Of a stretch of DNA of 64,000 bases, positions 39,229 through 46,747 are shown one piece after another (the stretch's first letter is position 1; every line of letters starts with the position of its first letter). The DNA is taken from positions 38,006,001 through 38,070,000 of the forward strand of contig OX597829.1 in the NCBI GenBank assembly GCA_951406725.2, written 5' to 3'. Source of the DNA: Octopus vulgaris. Lineage: Eukaryota. The notes beneath the pieces were generated by a model that worked only from the letters and a program-made list of their open reading frames with translations, was not told where the DNA came from and did no database searches. The translations under genes and the position numbers were made by a program.

Positions 39229-40001
39229 TCTAAAATGTTTTATGTTGGCTTGTTTACTACTCTTTAGTGACAAAAAAACAAAGAACATCTATAATATTAT
39301 TCTGGTCCAGTCTTTGCATGTAAACCTAACTTATCATCATCATCAACATTTAACACCTGTTTTCTACACTGGCAATGGGTTGGATCGCTTGACAAGAACT
39401 AGCAAGGCCAGGGAGCCACACCAGGTTCTTATTTCTTTACTACCCACAAAGAGCTAAACACAGAGAGGACAAACAAGGACAGACAAAGGGATTAAGTCGA
39501 TTATATCGACCTCAGTGCGTAACTAGTACTTAATTTATCAACCCCGAAAGGATGAAAGGCAAAGTTGACCTCGGTGGAATTTGAACTCAGAATGTAACGG
39601 CATATGAAATACGGCTATGAATTTCGCCCGGCGAAATCTATATATATCACTATATATATAGTGATATAATATATATAAATATACATATAAATACATATAG
39701 TGATGACCTGTGCTAATGACTGACATTCATTACATTTCTCACAGAAGCAAATGCCTTGTAGTTCAGTGAACAAGTGTAAACCAGTGGAAGAAAAATACAT
39801 TACTTTGTACATTTGTATACACATACAGATATTGGCAGCTGGCCTCAACACCAGAACATTATGGGCCCTAAGGCTTTATCCAAAGAATGTAAAATAAAAA
39901 GCAGCTGACCTTATTTCAAATTCATAATCTGGAATGTCTGCTAAATATTGTTCAACAGGTAAGATCTGTGAAGGTGCAATTCCTGTCAGTTGATTCCCCA
40001 T
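929..40001 (-). CDS. PIK3R4: PIK3R4/VPS15 (phosphoinositide 3-kinase regulatory subunit 4); 20 coding exons in window, 753 aa, 3'-incomplete (continues past position 1)
   Basis: Exons spliced by hand: join(39910-40001, 38690-38814, 36909-36964, 34424-34573, 33215-33316, 31186-31373, 29979-30105, 28789-28961, 26809-26929, 24709-24804, 23723-23817, 20715-20754, 17936-18018, 16562-16625, 12405-12552, 8822-8868, 6486-6587, 5236-5370, 2299-2436, 929-1105). All introns GT-AG, phases match, no stops. Peptide is collinear with recalled VPS15 motifs ([79 protein letters not shown]). Confidence 0.97.
1515..1790 (+). mobile_element. RTE 3' UTR / (GAT)n-tail repeat (family C), representative copy
   Basis: GGTTGGCRTTAGGAAGGGCATCCAGC...CCATGCTAGCATGGAAA...(GAT)n. 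Other copies at about 5785-6050, 7055-7375, 8053-8310, 11283-11645, 14445-14730, 15390-15568, 18065-18438, 20015-20412, 21817-22110, 33495-33842, 53968-54105, 54459-54780 and 56190-56584. Confidence 0.88.
2299..2436 (-). CDS. PIK3R4: PIK3R4 coding exon 19 ([16 protein letters not shown]...LHIDQK)
   Basis: WxRxGAxGFI motif; GT-AG boundaries. Confidence 0.95.
3908..4305 (+). mobile_element. tRNA-derived SINE family A, full length
   Basis: A box TGGCTGTGTGG, B box GGTTCAGTCC, internal (TA)n, tail GTAAAAGA repeats. Partial or older copies at about 500-640, 7420-7580, 20950-21380, 32765-32936 and 55658-55979. Confidence 0.9.
4654..4958 (-). mobile_element. Non-autonomous Helitron
   Basis: A|TC...CTAG|T termini with subterminal hairpin CCCGAGCAACGCCGGG; no TSD. 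Confidence 0.8.
5236..5370 (-). CDS. PIK3R4: PIK3R4 coding exon 18 ([10 protein letters not shown]...VVPFLAHP)
   Basis: GLSDxEEFV and PFLxHP motifs. Confidence 0.96.
5421..5647. mobile_element. piggyBac-type MITE
   Basis: TTAA...AAGGGGTTAA ends. Related copies at 28471-28699, about 21668-22182, 26276-26704 and 37210-37870. Confidence 0.7.
6486..6587 (-). CDS. PIK3R4: PIK3R4 coding exon 17 ([34 protein letters not shown])
   Basis: [10 protein letters not shown] motif; GT-AG boundaries. Confidence 0.96.
8346..8730 (-). mobile_element. Degraded RTE-like LINE C-terminal fragment
   Basis: [19 protein letters not shown] and CSQC...ARIGL motifs in shifting frames. Confidence 0.6.
8822..8868 (-). 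CDS. PIK3R4: PIK3R4 coding exon 16 ([16 protein letters not shown])
   Basis: [12 protein letters not shown] motif; GT-AG boundaries. Confidence 0.96.
8965..9275 (+). mobile_element. R4/Dong-like non-LTR element 3' fragment (restriction-like endonuclease end) in (TAA)n
   Basis: Reads [18 protein letters not shown]...VVPITV*ALGTV...LQKTVL.GT..ILRKVL; flanked by (TAA)n tracts. Confidence 0.72.
9430..9626 (+). repeat. Compound purine microsatellite (AAG)n(TAG)n(GAG)n
   Basis: Directly visible. Confidence 0.95.
10158..10383 (-). mobile_element. SINE family B monomer
   Basis: Same core. Further copies at about 9295-9430, 15598-15797, 27045-27243, 27833-28025, 29688-29908, 37993-38173, 39430-39635, 50873-51089 (TSD TTCATCTCAAAAATATA), 58490-58670, 62592-62813 and 63386-63580. 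Confidence 0.85.
10670..11079. mobile_element. MITE, Merlin-like
   Basis: About 28-bp TIRs GGATCTTTTYGGTTTGAAC...; 8-bp TSD TATGAAAG/TATGGAAG; TIRs start with GG. Confidence 0.7.
12405..12552 (-). CDS. PIK3R4: PIK3R4 coding exon 15 ([19 protein letters not shown]...LCVFFGRQK)
   Basis: NIVKQTL and LCVFFGRQK motifs. Confidence 0.96.
12679..13043 (+). mobile_element. GC-rich non-autonomous retroposon with RTE-like ends
   Basis: 9-bp direct repeat TAGTTTCTA (12670-12678 and 13044-13052); GAGCTATGCC...CCTGGTAGGGCCACCCA motif resembling RTE 5' UTRs; CAAGTA-like tail; CpGs retained. Confidence 0.6.
13220..13606 (+). mobile_element. SINE family A copy
   Basis: Near-identical to 3908-4305. Confidence 0.9.
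16562..16625 (-). CDS. PIK3R4: PIK3R4 coding exon 14 ([21 protein letters not shown])
   Basis: Divergent acidic linker, but phase 2/0 bridges exons 13 and 15 exactly; strong splice sites. Confidence 0.88.
17325..17720 (-). mobile_element. SINE family A copy
   Basis: Reverse complement of 3908-4305. Confidence 0.9.
17936..18018 (-). CDS. PIK3R4: PIK3R4 coding exon 13 ([27 protein letters not shown])
   Basis: AYAENIA motif; GT-AG boundaries. Confidence 0.95.
20715..20754 (-). CDS. PIK3R4: PIK3R4 coding exon 12 ([13 protein letters not shown]), 40 nt
   Basis: NIxPEYI motif; TTTCAG acceptor, GTAAGT donor. Confidence 0.93.
22317..22560 (-). mobile_element. tRNA-headed SINE-like element carrying a hammerhead ribozyme
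   Basis: tRNA-like head at 22480-22552 (A box TAGCGTAGTGG, B box GAGTTCAATTC), then (AAT)n, body, hammerhead and short tail; 10-bp direct repeat ATTATCTTAC at 22307-22316 and 22561-22570. Confidence 0.8.
22362..22408 (-). ncRNA. Minimal type I hammerhead ribozyme motif, intact
   Basis: GACAC-CTGATGA-A-GGCTG[11-nt loop]CAGCC-GAAAC-GTT-GTGTT: stem I 5 bp, stem II 5 bp, palindromic ACGT stem III, GUU cleavage triplet. Confidence 0.8.
22901..23473 (+). mobile_element. SINE family B (MetaSINE-like core), head-to-tail trimer
   Basis: B box GAGTTCAAATT and core GCCTTTCATCCTTTCGGGGTCGATAAATTAAGTACCAG in three units; flanked by AACAAAAATATAGTCRTGAAAG. Confidence 0.85.
23723..23817 (-). CDS. PIK3R4: PIK3R4 coding exon 11 ([31 protein letters not shown])
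   Basis: HEAT repeat PRVRA motif; GT-AG boundaries. Confidence 0.94.
24709..24804 (-). CDS. PIK3R4: PIK3R4 coding exon 10 ([32 protein letters not shown])
   Basis: 96 nt, phase 0/0, HEAT region EIxLDR motif. Confidence 0.93.
24975..25480 (+). mobile_element. CR1-like LINE 3' fragment
   Basis: [17 protein letters not shown] and [13 protein letters not shown] motifs; same family in opposite orientation at about 37250-37705. Confidence 0.8.
26457..26678. mobile_element. piggyBac-type MITE (second family) nested at a TTAA inside another MITE
   Basis: TTAA-CCCTTTC...GAAAGGG-TTAA; sister copy at 49111-49341. Confidence 0.75.
26809..26929 (-). CDS. PIK3R4: PIK3R4 coding exon 9 ([12 protein letters not shown]...[17 protein letters not shown])
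   Basis: Phase 2/0 fits neighbours; similar to the GLVILVSVITSCLQTL region of VPS15. Confidence 0.92.
28789..28961 (-). CDS. PIK3R4: PIK3R4 coding exon 8 ([21 protein letters not shown]...SPDERIV)
   Basis: End of kinase domain; canonical splice sites. Confidence 0.95.
29454..29672. mobile_element. Mariner-type MITE in (TA)n
   Basis: TIRs GAGGGGGTGCTGAAAAGTTC / GAACTTTTCAGCATCTTCTC; TA flanks. Confidence 0.65.
29979..30105 (-). CDS. PIK3R4: PIK3R4 coding exon 7 ([25 protein letters not shown]...IEDSSIR)
   Basis: Kinase C-lobe match; TAG acceptor, GTATCA donor. Confidence 0.95.
30163..30531 (+). mobile_element. Non-autonomous Helitron, second family
   Basis: A|TC start, CTAG|T end, long hairpin GCACTATGACCCGGC/GCCGGGGTCATAGTGC. 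Confidence 0.82.
31186..31373 (-). CDS. PIK3R4: PIK3R4 coding exon 6 ([25 protein letters not shown]...AMDIFSS)
   Basis: Activation segment and APE motif; canonical splice sites. Confidence 0.97.
32049..32484 (+). mobile_element. RTE/BovB-like LINE 3' fragment
   Basis: [29 protein letters not shown] and GKRGRGRP motifs, stop codon, (GA)n tail. Confidence 0.9.
33215..33316 (-). CDS. PIK3R4: PIK3R4 coding exon 5 ([34 protein letters not shown])
   Basis: Catalytic loop HGDIKSEN and DFA motif; canonical splice sites. Confidence 0.97.
34424..34573 (-). CDS. PIK3R4: PIK3R4 coding exon 4 ([12 protein letters not shown]...[11 protein letters not shown]...QCHKLK)
   Basis: 150 nt, phase 0/0, CAGCAG tandem acceptor, GTAAGT donor. 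Confidence 0.96.
34912..35316 (+). mobile_element. SINE family A copy
   Basis: Near-identical to 3908-4305; flanked by (TA)n. Confidence 0.9.
35377..35608. repeat. Degenerate inverted repeat with about 60-bp arms, probable old MITE
   Basis: TAACTGAAAGGCTCC...CAGCTGGTA versus TACCAGCT...GGAGTCTTTCAGTTA. Confidence 0.6.
35726..35827 (+). ncRNA. Type I hammerhead ribozyme motif with long stem II
   Basis: GGCT-CTGATGA-A-GGTATAAG...CTTATAGCA-GAAAC-AGCT-GTA-AGCT; palindromic ACAGCTGT stem III; stem I extends via ACTTCAT/ATGAAGT; base of stem II imperfect. Confidence 0.65.
36018..36066 (-). ncRNA. Type I hammerhead motif with damaged stem II
   Basis: GATAA-CTGAAGA-G...C-GAAAC-TCAGA-GTT-TTATC; stems I and III pair, stem II pairs poorly; lies in the loop of an inverted repeat (35982-36116). 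Confidence 0.55.
36909..36964 (-). CDS. PIK3R4: PIK3R4 coding exon 3 ([19 protein letters not shown])
   Basis: TTTTCTCAG acceptor, GTAAGT donor, NCLPFQ motif. Confidence 0.94.
37250..37705 (-). mobile_element. CR1-like LINE 3' fragment inserted into a piggyBac-type MITE
   Basis: Reverse complement of 24975-25480 with an internal deletion. Confidence 0.78.
38690..38814 (-). CDS. PIK3R4: PIK3R4 coding exon 2 ([41 protein letters not shown])
   Basis: AG acceptor, GTAAG donor, kinase N-lobe motifs. Confidence 0.96.
38975..39070. mobile_element. Tiny MITE or hairpin with perfect 24-bp inverted ends
   Basis: TAAATGTCGAGCAATCTTCAGCCA ... TGGCTGAAGATTGCTCGACATTTA. Confidence 0.7.
39910..40001 (-). 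CDS. PIK3R4: PIK3R4 coding exon 1 ([30 protein letters not shown]); exon begins at 40019 with 18 nt of 5' UTR
   Basis: ATG at 40001; polypyrimidine tract plus AG at 40021-40020; donor AG|GTCAG; N-myristoylation Gly2. Confidence 0.96.
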
Positions 40002-40449
40002 GTCAGATTAAATATATTTCTGGGGAAAAAAAAAAGCAATTATTTTCATGTTATTATGCTTAAATGAGAAGATGACATCATAAAATAATTTTAAGTTAAT
40101 TAAATAATTAACAAAATTTAAAAAACAAAAATATCAATTACAAAGTTATTTAAATAAAGACAAAAATATTGTGCATGTGTGTGTAATTTAAATAAATAGC
40201 GCATAGAAAATGAATTTTTATCTTGTGCCTAAAGTTTGGCACCTATGTCACTTTCGGATGAGACCAGTTCTGACCAGAAGAATGCAGTAGTAAGAGTTGT
40301 GAGATAAAAGCCATGTATGCTACAATATGTACGAAACACTCCTCTCTCATGTGTACAACACAATTAAACATTTATTTGCATGCACATATGTAAATATATG
40401 AATAGTATATATATATATAAATCAATAAATGGTGGGGTTGTGTTGACTG

Positions 40450-40493
<44 letters not shown>

Positions 40494-40529
40494 AGAGAGA
40501 GAGAGAGAGAGTATATATATAGTATACAT

Positions 40530-40886
40530 ATATATATAAAAAAAATTAGAAAAAACCCCCACATTTTATCAATTCAAAATGAACAATTAAATCACACCAT
40601 CTAGAAAATTACATATAATAGAAATATTAAAATTAAAATAACAATAAAATGTCAATGATTAAGTAAATTGCAAAAAAAAAATAATAAAAACATATATAAT
40701 TTGTACAAATTATATACGTTTTTATTATTATTATTATTTTTTTGCAATTTACTTAATCATTGACATTTTATTGTTATTCTAATTTTAATATTTCTATTAT
40801 ATGTAATTTTCTAGATGGTGTGATTTAATTGTTCATTTTGAATTGATAAAAGGTGGGGTTTTTTTTCTAATTTTTTTATATATATA
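40530..40886. repeat. Long spacerless palindrome with about 175-bp arms
   Basis: Centre TTGT|ACAA at 40704/40705; arms near-perfect reverse complements. Confidence 0.9.
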
Positions 40887-41384
40887 TTATATTGTGTAAA
40901 ATTTGATTAGTATTTCTAAATTGAATTTTTTTCCTTGTAAGTTTGGATTTTATTCCCTCAAATAATAATTATTATATATAATATATATATATATATATAT
41001 ACAAATTGAGATAGGGGTTGTAAATGCAACCCTCCATGGGATAATATATATCCAATATACTGCTAGTGAAGTACCCAACAAAGTTAATACATAAATGTTA
41101 AGAATTGCGATGCAATTAATTCATTTACTGTATTATATGGGCAAAGGTAAAATGTTTTACCACAAATGAATAATACAAAATAAGAAAATGGAGAAATACA
41201 TCTAAATCAATTATCAACTACCAGATAATACCCAATCACATAATTTATTAAACCACTACATAAGAACATTAAGGTCAAACATATTAATATAGAACAAAAC
41301 AGTGTACATGAAGGAGTAATATGGTACAATAAGTACAGTATGTATAAGAGAATATAAATATAAATATATGTTTATATTTATATG

Positions 41385-41442
<58 letters not shown>

Positions 41443-41537
41443 CTACATTATATATATATATATATTATATATACTACATTATATATCATCATCATCATCA
41501 TCATCATCATCGTTTAGCGTCCGTTATACACATATAT

Positions 41538-43064
41538 ATCATCATCATCATCGTTTAACGTTTGCATTCCATGCTGGCATGGGTTGGATGGTTTGACTGA
41601 GGTCTGGTGAACCAGATGGCTGCACCAGGCTCCAATCTGATCTGGTAGAGTTTCTACGGCTAGATGTCCTTCCTAACACCAACCACTCTGAGAGTGTAGT
41701 GGGTGCTTTTACGTGCTACTGGCACGAAGGCCGTGCTGGCAACAGCCACGCTCAAATGGTGCTTTTTATGCGCCACCTGCACAAGAGTCAGTCCAGCGGC
41801 ACTGGCAACAACCTTGCTTGAATGTTTTTTTCACATGCCACCAGCACAAGTGCCAGTAAGGCGACACAGATAACGATCACGCTCGAATGGTGTTTTTAAC
41901 GTGCCACAGGCACGGAGGCCAGCTTGTTGCACTGGCAATGATCATGCTCGTATGGTACTCTTAATGCTCCATTAGCATGGATGCTAGTCATTGAATTTGA
42001 TTTTGATTTCACTTGCCTCAACAGGTCTTCGCAAGCAGAGTTTAGTGTGCAATGAAGGAAAGGTACGCATAAGTGGGCTGGTTACACCCCTGGCATAGGC
42101 CACAAAGTTATGGTCTCACTTGAGCTTGCCGGATCTTCCCAAGTACAGCATATTTCCAAAGGTACCGGCCACTAGTCATTGCCTTGGTGAGGACCAATGT
42201 TTGAAGGTCATGCTTCACCACCTCATCCCAGGTCTTCCTGAATCTACCTCTTCCACAGGTTCCCTCAACCACTATGGTGTGGCACTTTTCACACAGCTAT
42301 CCTCATCCATTCTCACTACATGGCCATACCAGCGCAGTCGGCTCTCTTGCACACATCTGATAGTTCTTAGGACCAACTTTTCTCTCAAGGTACTAACACT
42401 CTGTTGATTATGCACACTGACATTACACATCCATCGGAGCATACTAGTTTCATTCCTTGCGAGCTTATGCATATCCTCATCTGTCATGGCCCATGTTTCA
42501 CTGCCGTGTAGCATGGCTGTTTGTACACATACATCATACTGTCTACCTTTTACTCTAAGTGAGAGGCCCTTTGTCACCAGCAGAGGTAAGAGCTCTCTGA
42601 ACTTTGCCCAGGCTATTCTTATTCTAGCAGCTACACTTTCAGTGCACCCTCCCCCACTACTGACTTGGTTACCTAGATAACGGAAGCTATCAACTACTTC
42701 TAGTTTTTCTCCCTGGAATGTGGCAGAAGTTGTTCTCTGCACATTTTCAGTGTTTATTGCTCCTGAACATCTGCCACATACAAAAACTATCTTCCCAGTT
42801 AGATTTCCTTTGATATTGCTGCACCTCTTATGTGTCCATAGTTTACACTGGGTACATCTAATAGAGTTTCTACCAACACCTTTTCTACAGATCGAGCAGG
42901 GCCATCTACCTGAAGGGATTTGTGGTTTGCCTGCCTTCCTACTTATTAGGACTTTGGTTTTAGCTAGGTTAACTCTAAGGCCCTTCGATTCTAATCCTTG
43001 TTTCCACACTTGAAACTTCTCCTCTAGTTCTGATAGTGACTCAGCAATTAGAGCAAGGTCATCA
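41538..43064 (-). mobile_element. 5'-truncated RTE-clade LINE (RT C-terminal half with PHD-like finger) plus 3' UTR and (GAT)n tail
   Basis: DDLAL..., GLRVNLAKTK, FRYLG, HGSETW and RLRWYGHV motifs; frameshift near 42290; contiguous with the abundant (GAT)n-tailed repeat. Confidence 0.9.
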
Positions 43065-43082
43065 TATATATATATATATATA

Positions 43083-43437
43083 CAGTGTCTTTACCACCCT
43101 GTTGGAACACAGATAATTGAACAAACCGGTGGATTTCTTTGCCACCTCCCCTATAACCAGCGAGGCGTTACGATGGAATGCATCGACATTAGCCATATAT
43201 AGTATACATACATATATATATATTCATTGGACAATGAACTTTGTTTACGAAGACCTATTGAGGCAAGTGTAAACAAACCAATATTGCTGACGTGGCCGAT
43301 GACACACACACACACAGAGTGTCTTCACCACTCTGTTGGAACACAGATAAGTGAACAAACAACAAACCAGTGGACTTCTTTGCTGCCTCCCCTATAACCA
43401 GCGAGGCAGTTATGATAGAATGCATTGACATTAGCCA
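43083..43437 (+). repeat. Direct duplication of a roughly 115-bp unit
   Basis: GTGTCTTYACCACYCTGTTGGAACACAGATAA...GACATTAGCCA at 43083-43196 and 43317-43437. Confidence 0.75.
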
Positions 43438-43465
43438 CAGATGAGGTGGATGGAAACTGAACCGC

Positions 43466-45058
43466 TGGTCCTGATGGTTTCCCAGCAATCCTCCTTAAAT
43501 CGTGTAAGCGTGCTCTGGCAAAACTCCTCCAGATTCTCTACCAGAGCTTTCTGTGAAATGGCAGGACGCCAAGCAAACTGAGGGAGGAATAATATGCCCA
43601 ATCTATATAGAAGGAAGCAGAGCAGATGCCAAAAACTATAGGCCTATCTCTCTGACTTCACACATCAGCAAAGTCATGGAATGGAATAGTTAGCGGGAAA
43701 CTAATTGCATTCCTTGAAGAAAATAACTTGCTGAGTGATACCCAGCATGGCTTTTGACCAGGTAGGAGCTGCCTGACACAGCTCTTACATTATGACTGGG
43801 TGTTGAGGCAGTTACTCAACAACTCAAATGTGGATATAATATACCTTGATTTTGCAAAACCTTTTGATAAAGTGGATCAGAATAGGATATGCCACAAACT
43901 GCATGATCCCAGCATAGCTGGAAAACTTGGAGAGTGGCTACATGACTTTCTGAAAGATAGAAGTCAGGTAGTAGTGGCCAAAAGAGCCACCTCAATTAAA
44001 ACAAATACTAAGTGGTGTTCCAGAGGGCACTGTCTTGAGACCACTGCTTTTCATAGTGGCCCTCTCAGATATATCCTCAACTGCCCGGATAGCCACCCTT
44101 GCTAGCTACGCAGACGATACAAAAGTCTTGCAGAAAATACAGAACCCCAGTGATGTTGTGCATCGGCAGCAGGAGTTGGATTTAATTTACAGATGGTCTG
44201 AGGATAATAAAATGCAATTTAATGCTGAAAAATTCCAAGCCCTGCACTACCAGCACCCAAAACTGAATATGAAATTTACAGGGTACACTGGTCCACAGGG
44301 AATTACAATTCCAGAGCCTAAATCAATGAGGGACCTAAGTATCACATGAGTGACGATACCTCTTTCCAAGTGCACATTACCAAGATGGCAACAAAGTGCA
44401 GACGACTGGCTGGATGGATCCTGAGAACATTCAGAACCAGAGATAAGGAAACCATGATTGTCTCTGGAGGACATTCGTCCTCAGCCACCTGGATTACTGC
44501 TCCCAACTATGGTCACCCAACAGTGTAAAATTAGCAGCGGACCCTGAAGCAATCCAGCGAAGCTTCACAAAGGAGATCATCTCTTTGCAACTGCTCAGCT
44601 ACTGAGAAAGGCTGAAACAGCTAAGACTCTACTCTCTGGAGTGAAGGTAGGAGGGGTATGCAGTAATATACATCTGGAAGTCCTGGAAGGAATTATGCTG
44701 AATTTTGGCATTGAAAGCTCACCAATGCCAAAGATCCCAGCAATGCCATCATGCTTAAGGACCAGTTACTACAACAGCCTGGGGTTCAAGGGCCCACAGC
44801 TTTTTAATATTCGACCAAAGAGCCTGAGGAACCACTACAAAGTAGATGTAGGCGCTTTTAAATCAAGGCTGGACCTCTTCCTGTTGAGAGTTCCAGGTGA
44901 ACCTACCTCGCAGCAAGAGATGCAAATGAGGGTAGATGCATCAAACTCCATTCTTCACTAAGTGCCATATATTAGAGCAGGCTCTCAGTAATAACAGTGT
45001 AGCAAAATGGAAGTGCTCCAGCATAGCCACAGCTCTGAGCTGAAACTAAAAAGAAAAA
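43466..45058 (+). mobile_element. CR1-group LINE, 5'-truncated, frameshifted RT
   Basis: GPDGF, RPISLTS, QHGF, DIIYLDFAKxFDKV, YADDTK and FNAEK motifs; tail hairpin at 45030-45042. Confidence 0.88.
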
Positions 45059-45059
45059 A

Positions 45060-45115
45060 TACATACATATATATATATAGTATGTGTATATACATATATG
45101 TATGTATATATATAG

Positions 45116-45184
<69 letters not shown>

Positions 45185-45404
45185 TATTTATATAAATACA
45201 TATATATATAGTTAATCTAAACATGAAAACACAACAATGCGAGGACGTGGAACAAGTATAGTATTATTGGATGCTCAGGAAAGAAGGAGGGTTTAACGTT
45301 TCGAGCGGAGCCCTTCGTCAGAAACATAGGAAAAGGAAAGATCCAAAGAAGGGAAGACGGAGGAAAAAAAATCGCCAACAGTACACACGCGGTCACATTT
45401 TGAA

Positions 45405-45452
<48 letters not shown>

Positions 45453-45642
45453 TAAAAACGGTAAGATAACAATATATGATACATATATATATGTATATAT
45501 GTATGTATGTATATATATATATATATACATACTTATATATACATGCACACACACATTTATAAATATATATACATACATATATATATATATATACACACAC
45601 ACACATAATGTGTATATATATATATATATATATACACATAAT

Positions 45643-45674
<32 letters not shown>

Positions 45675-45906
45675 GTATGTATATGTGTGTGTGTATATAT
45701 ATATATACATTACCTTCGAAACGTGGAGTAGATGAAGCAGGGACAACTGAAGAAGGTGAATATTCTTTATGTTGTATGTCTCATTTCTCTGTTTGTGTTT
45801 TTCATTGTTCGAAAAAAAAAGTTCGTTTCTAGGTTTTTGTTTTTACGTTTTCGTTTCTCATTTTGCTTAACGTTTTTTTGGGATGTCCTGTACCCATATA
45901 TGCATG

Positions 45907-45954
<48 letters not shown>

Positions 45955-46010
45955 TGGCATATACATACATATGAATATATATATATATATATATGTACAC
46001 ACACATATAT
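45060..46010. repeat. (TA)n/(CA)n microsatellite cluster with short inserted fragments
   Basis: Directly visible; source of the many YI-rich spurious ORFs. Confidence 0.9.
45291..45325 (-). ncRNA. Minimal type I hammerhead ribozyme motif, intact
   Basis: GTTT-CTGACGA-A-GGGC[TCC]GCTC-GAAAC-GTT-AAAC, inside a roughly 200-bp insert between (TA)n tracts. Confidence 0.8.
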
Positions 46011-46082
46011 AGTCAAATTAAATAATGAACAATAAAATTAACAAAGAGGACATGCACAAGGAATGTATGATACACTCAATTA

Positions 46083-46312
46083 TACAGTGTGGCCCTAAAG
46101 TAGTTTTACAGTTATTCAACTACCTCTTTCGCATTCATATATTAATAGTTTAGATCTTAATTATAAAAAAATTATGAAACCATTATTCTATGCAAATTTA
46201 GTTAATTTTGTCAAGCTCCCTTTTCAGTTTGTAAGATAGAAATTTAAATGTTTTAAAAGATATTTAAAGTGCTTATGTGATAACTGTAAACCTACTTTTG
46301 GGCCACCCTCTG
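46083..46312. mobile_element. Tc1/mariner-type MITE
   Basis: TACAGTGTGGCCCTAAAGTAGTTTTACAGTTAT / ATAACTGTAAACCTACTTTTGGGCCAC inverted ends. Confidence 0.6.
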
Positions 46313-46320
46313 TGGCAAGT

Positions 46321-46722
46321 AGGCGCAGGAGTGGCTCTGTGGTAAGTACCTTGCTTACCAACCACATGGTTCCGGGTTCAGTCCCACTGTGTGGCACCTT
46401 GGGCAAGTGTCTTCTACTATAGCCTCAGGCTGACCAAAGCCTTGTGAGTGGATTTGGTAGACGGAAACTGAAAGAAGCCCGTCGTACATATGTATTTATA
46501 TATGTATGTGCGTGTGTGTTTGTGTGTCTGTATTCGTCCCCCTAGCATTGCTTGACAACCGATACTGGTGTGTTTATGTCCCCGTCACTTAGCGGTTTGG
46601 CAAAACAGACCGATAGAATAAGTACTGGGCTTACAAAAAGAATAAGTCCCGGGGTCGAGTTGCTTGATTAAAGGTGGTGCTCCAGCATGGCCGCAGTCAA
46701 ATGATTGAAACAAGTAAAAGAG
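46321..46722 (+). mobile_element. SINE family A copy
   Basis: Near-identical to 3908-4305. Confidence 0.9.
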
Positions 46723-46747
46723 TATACACACAACATATATATATTGG

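Noticed and set aside
45712-45790. GAAACGTG followed by CTGAAGA
   Set aside because: G at the cleavage position and no consistent stems; at most a fragment.
44985-46006. Many YI-rich ORFs
   Set aside because: (TA)n microsatellite translations.
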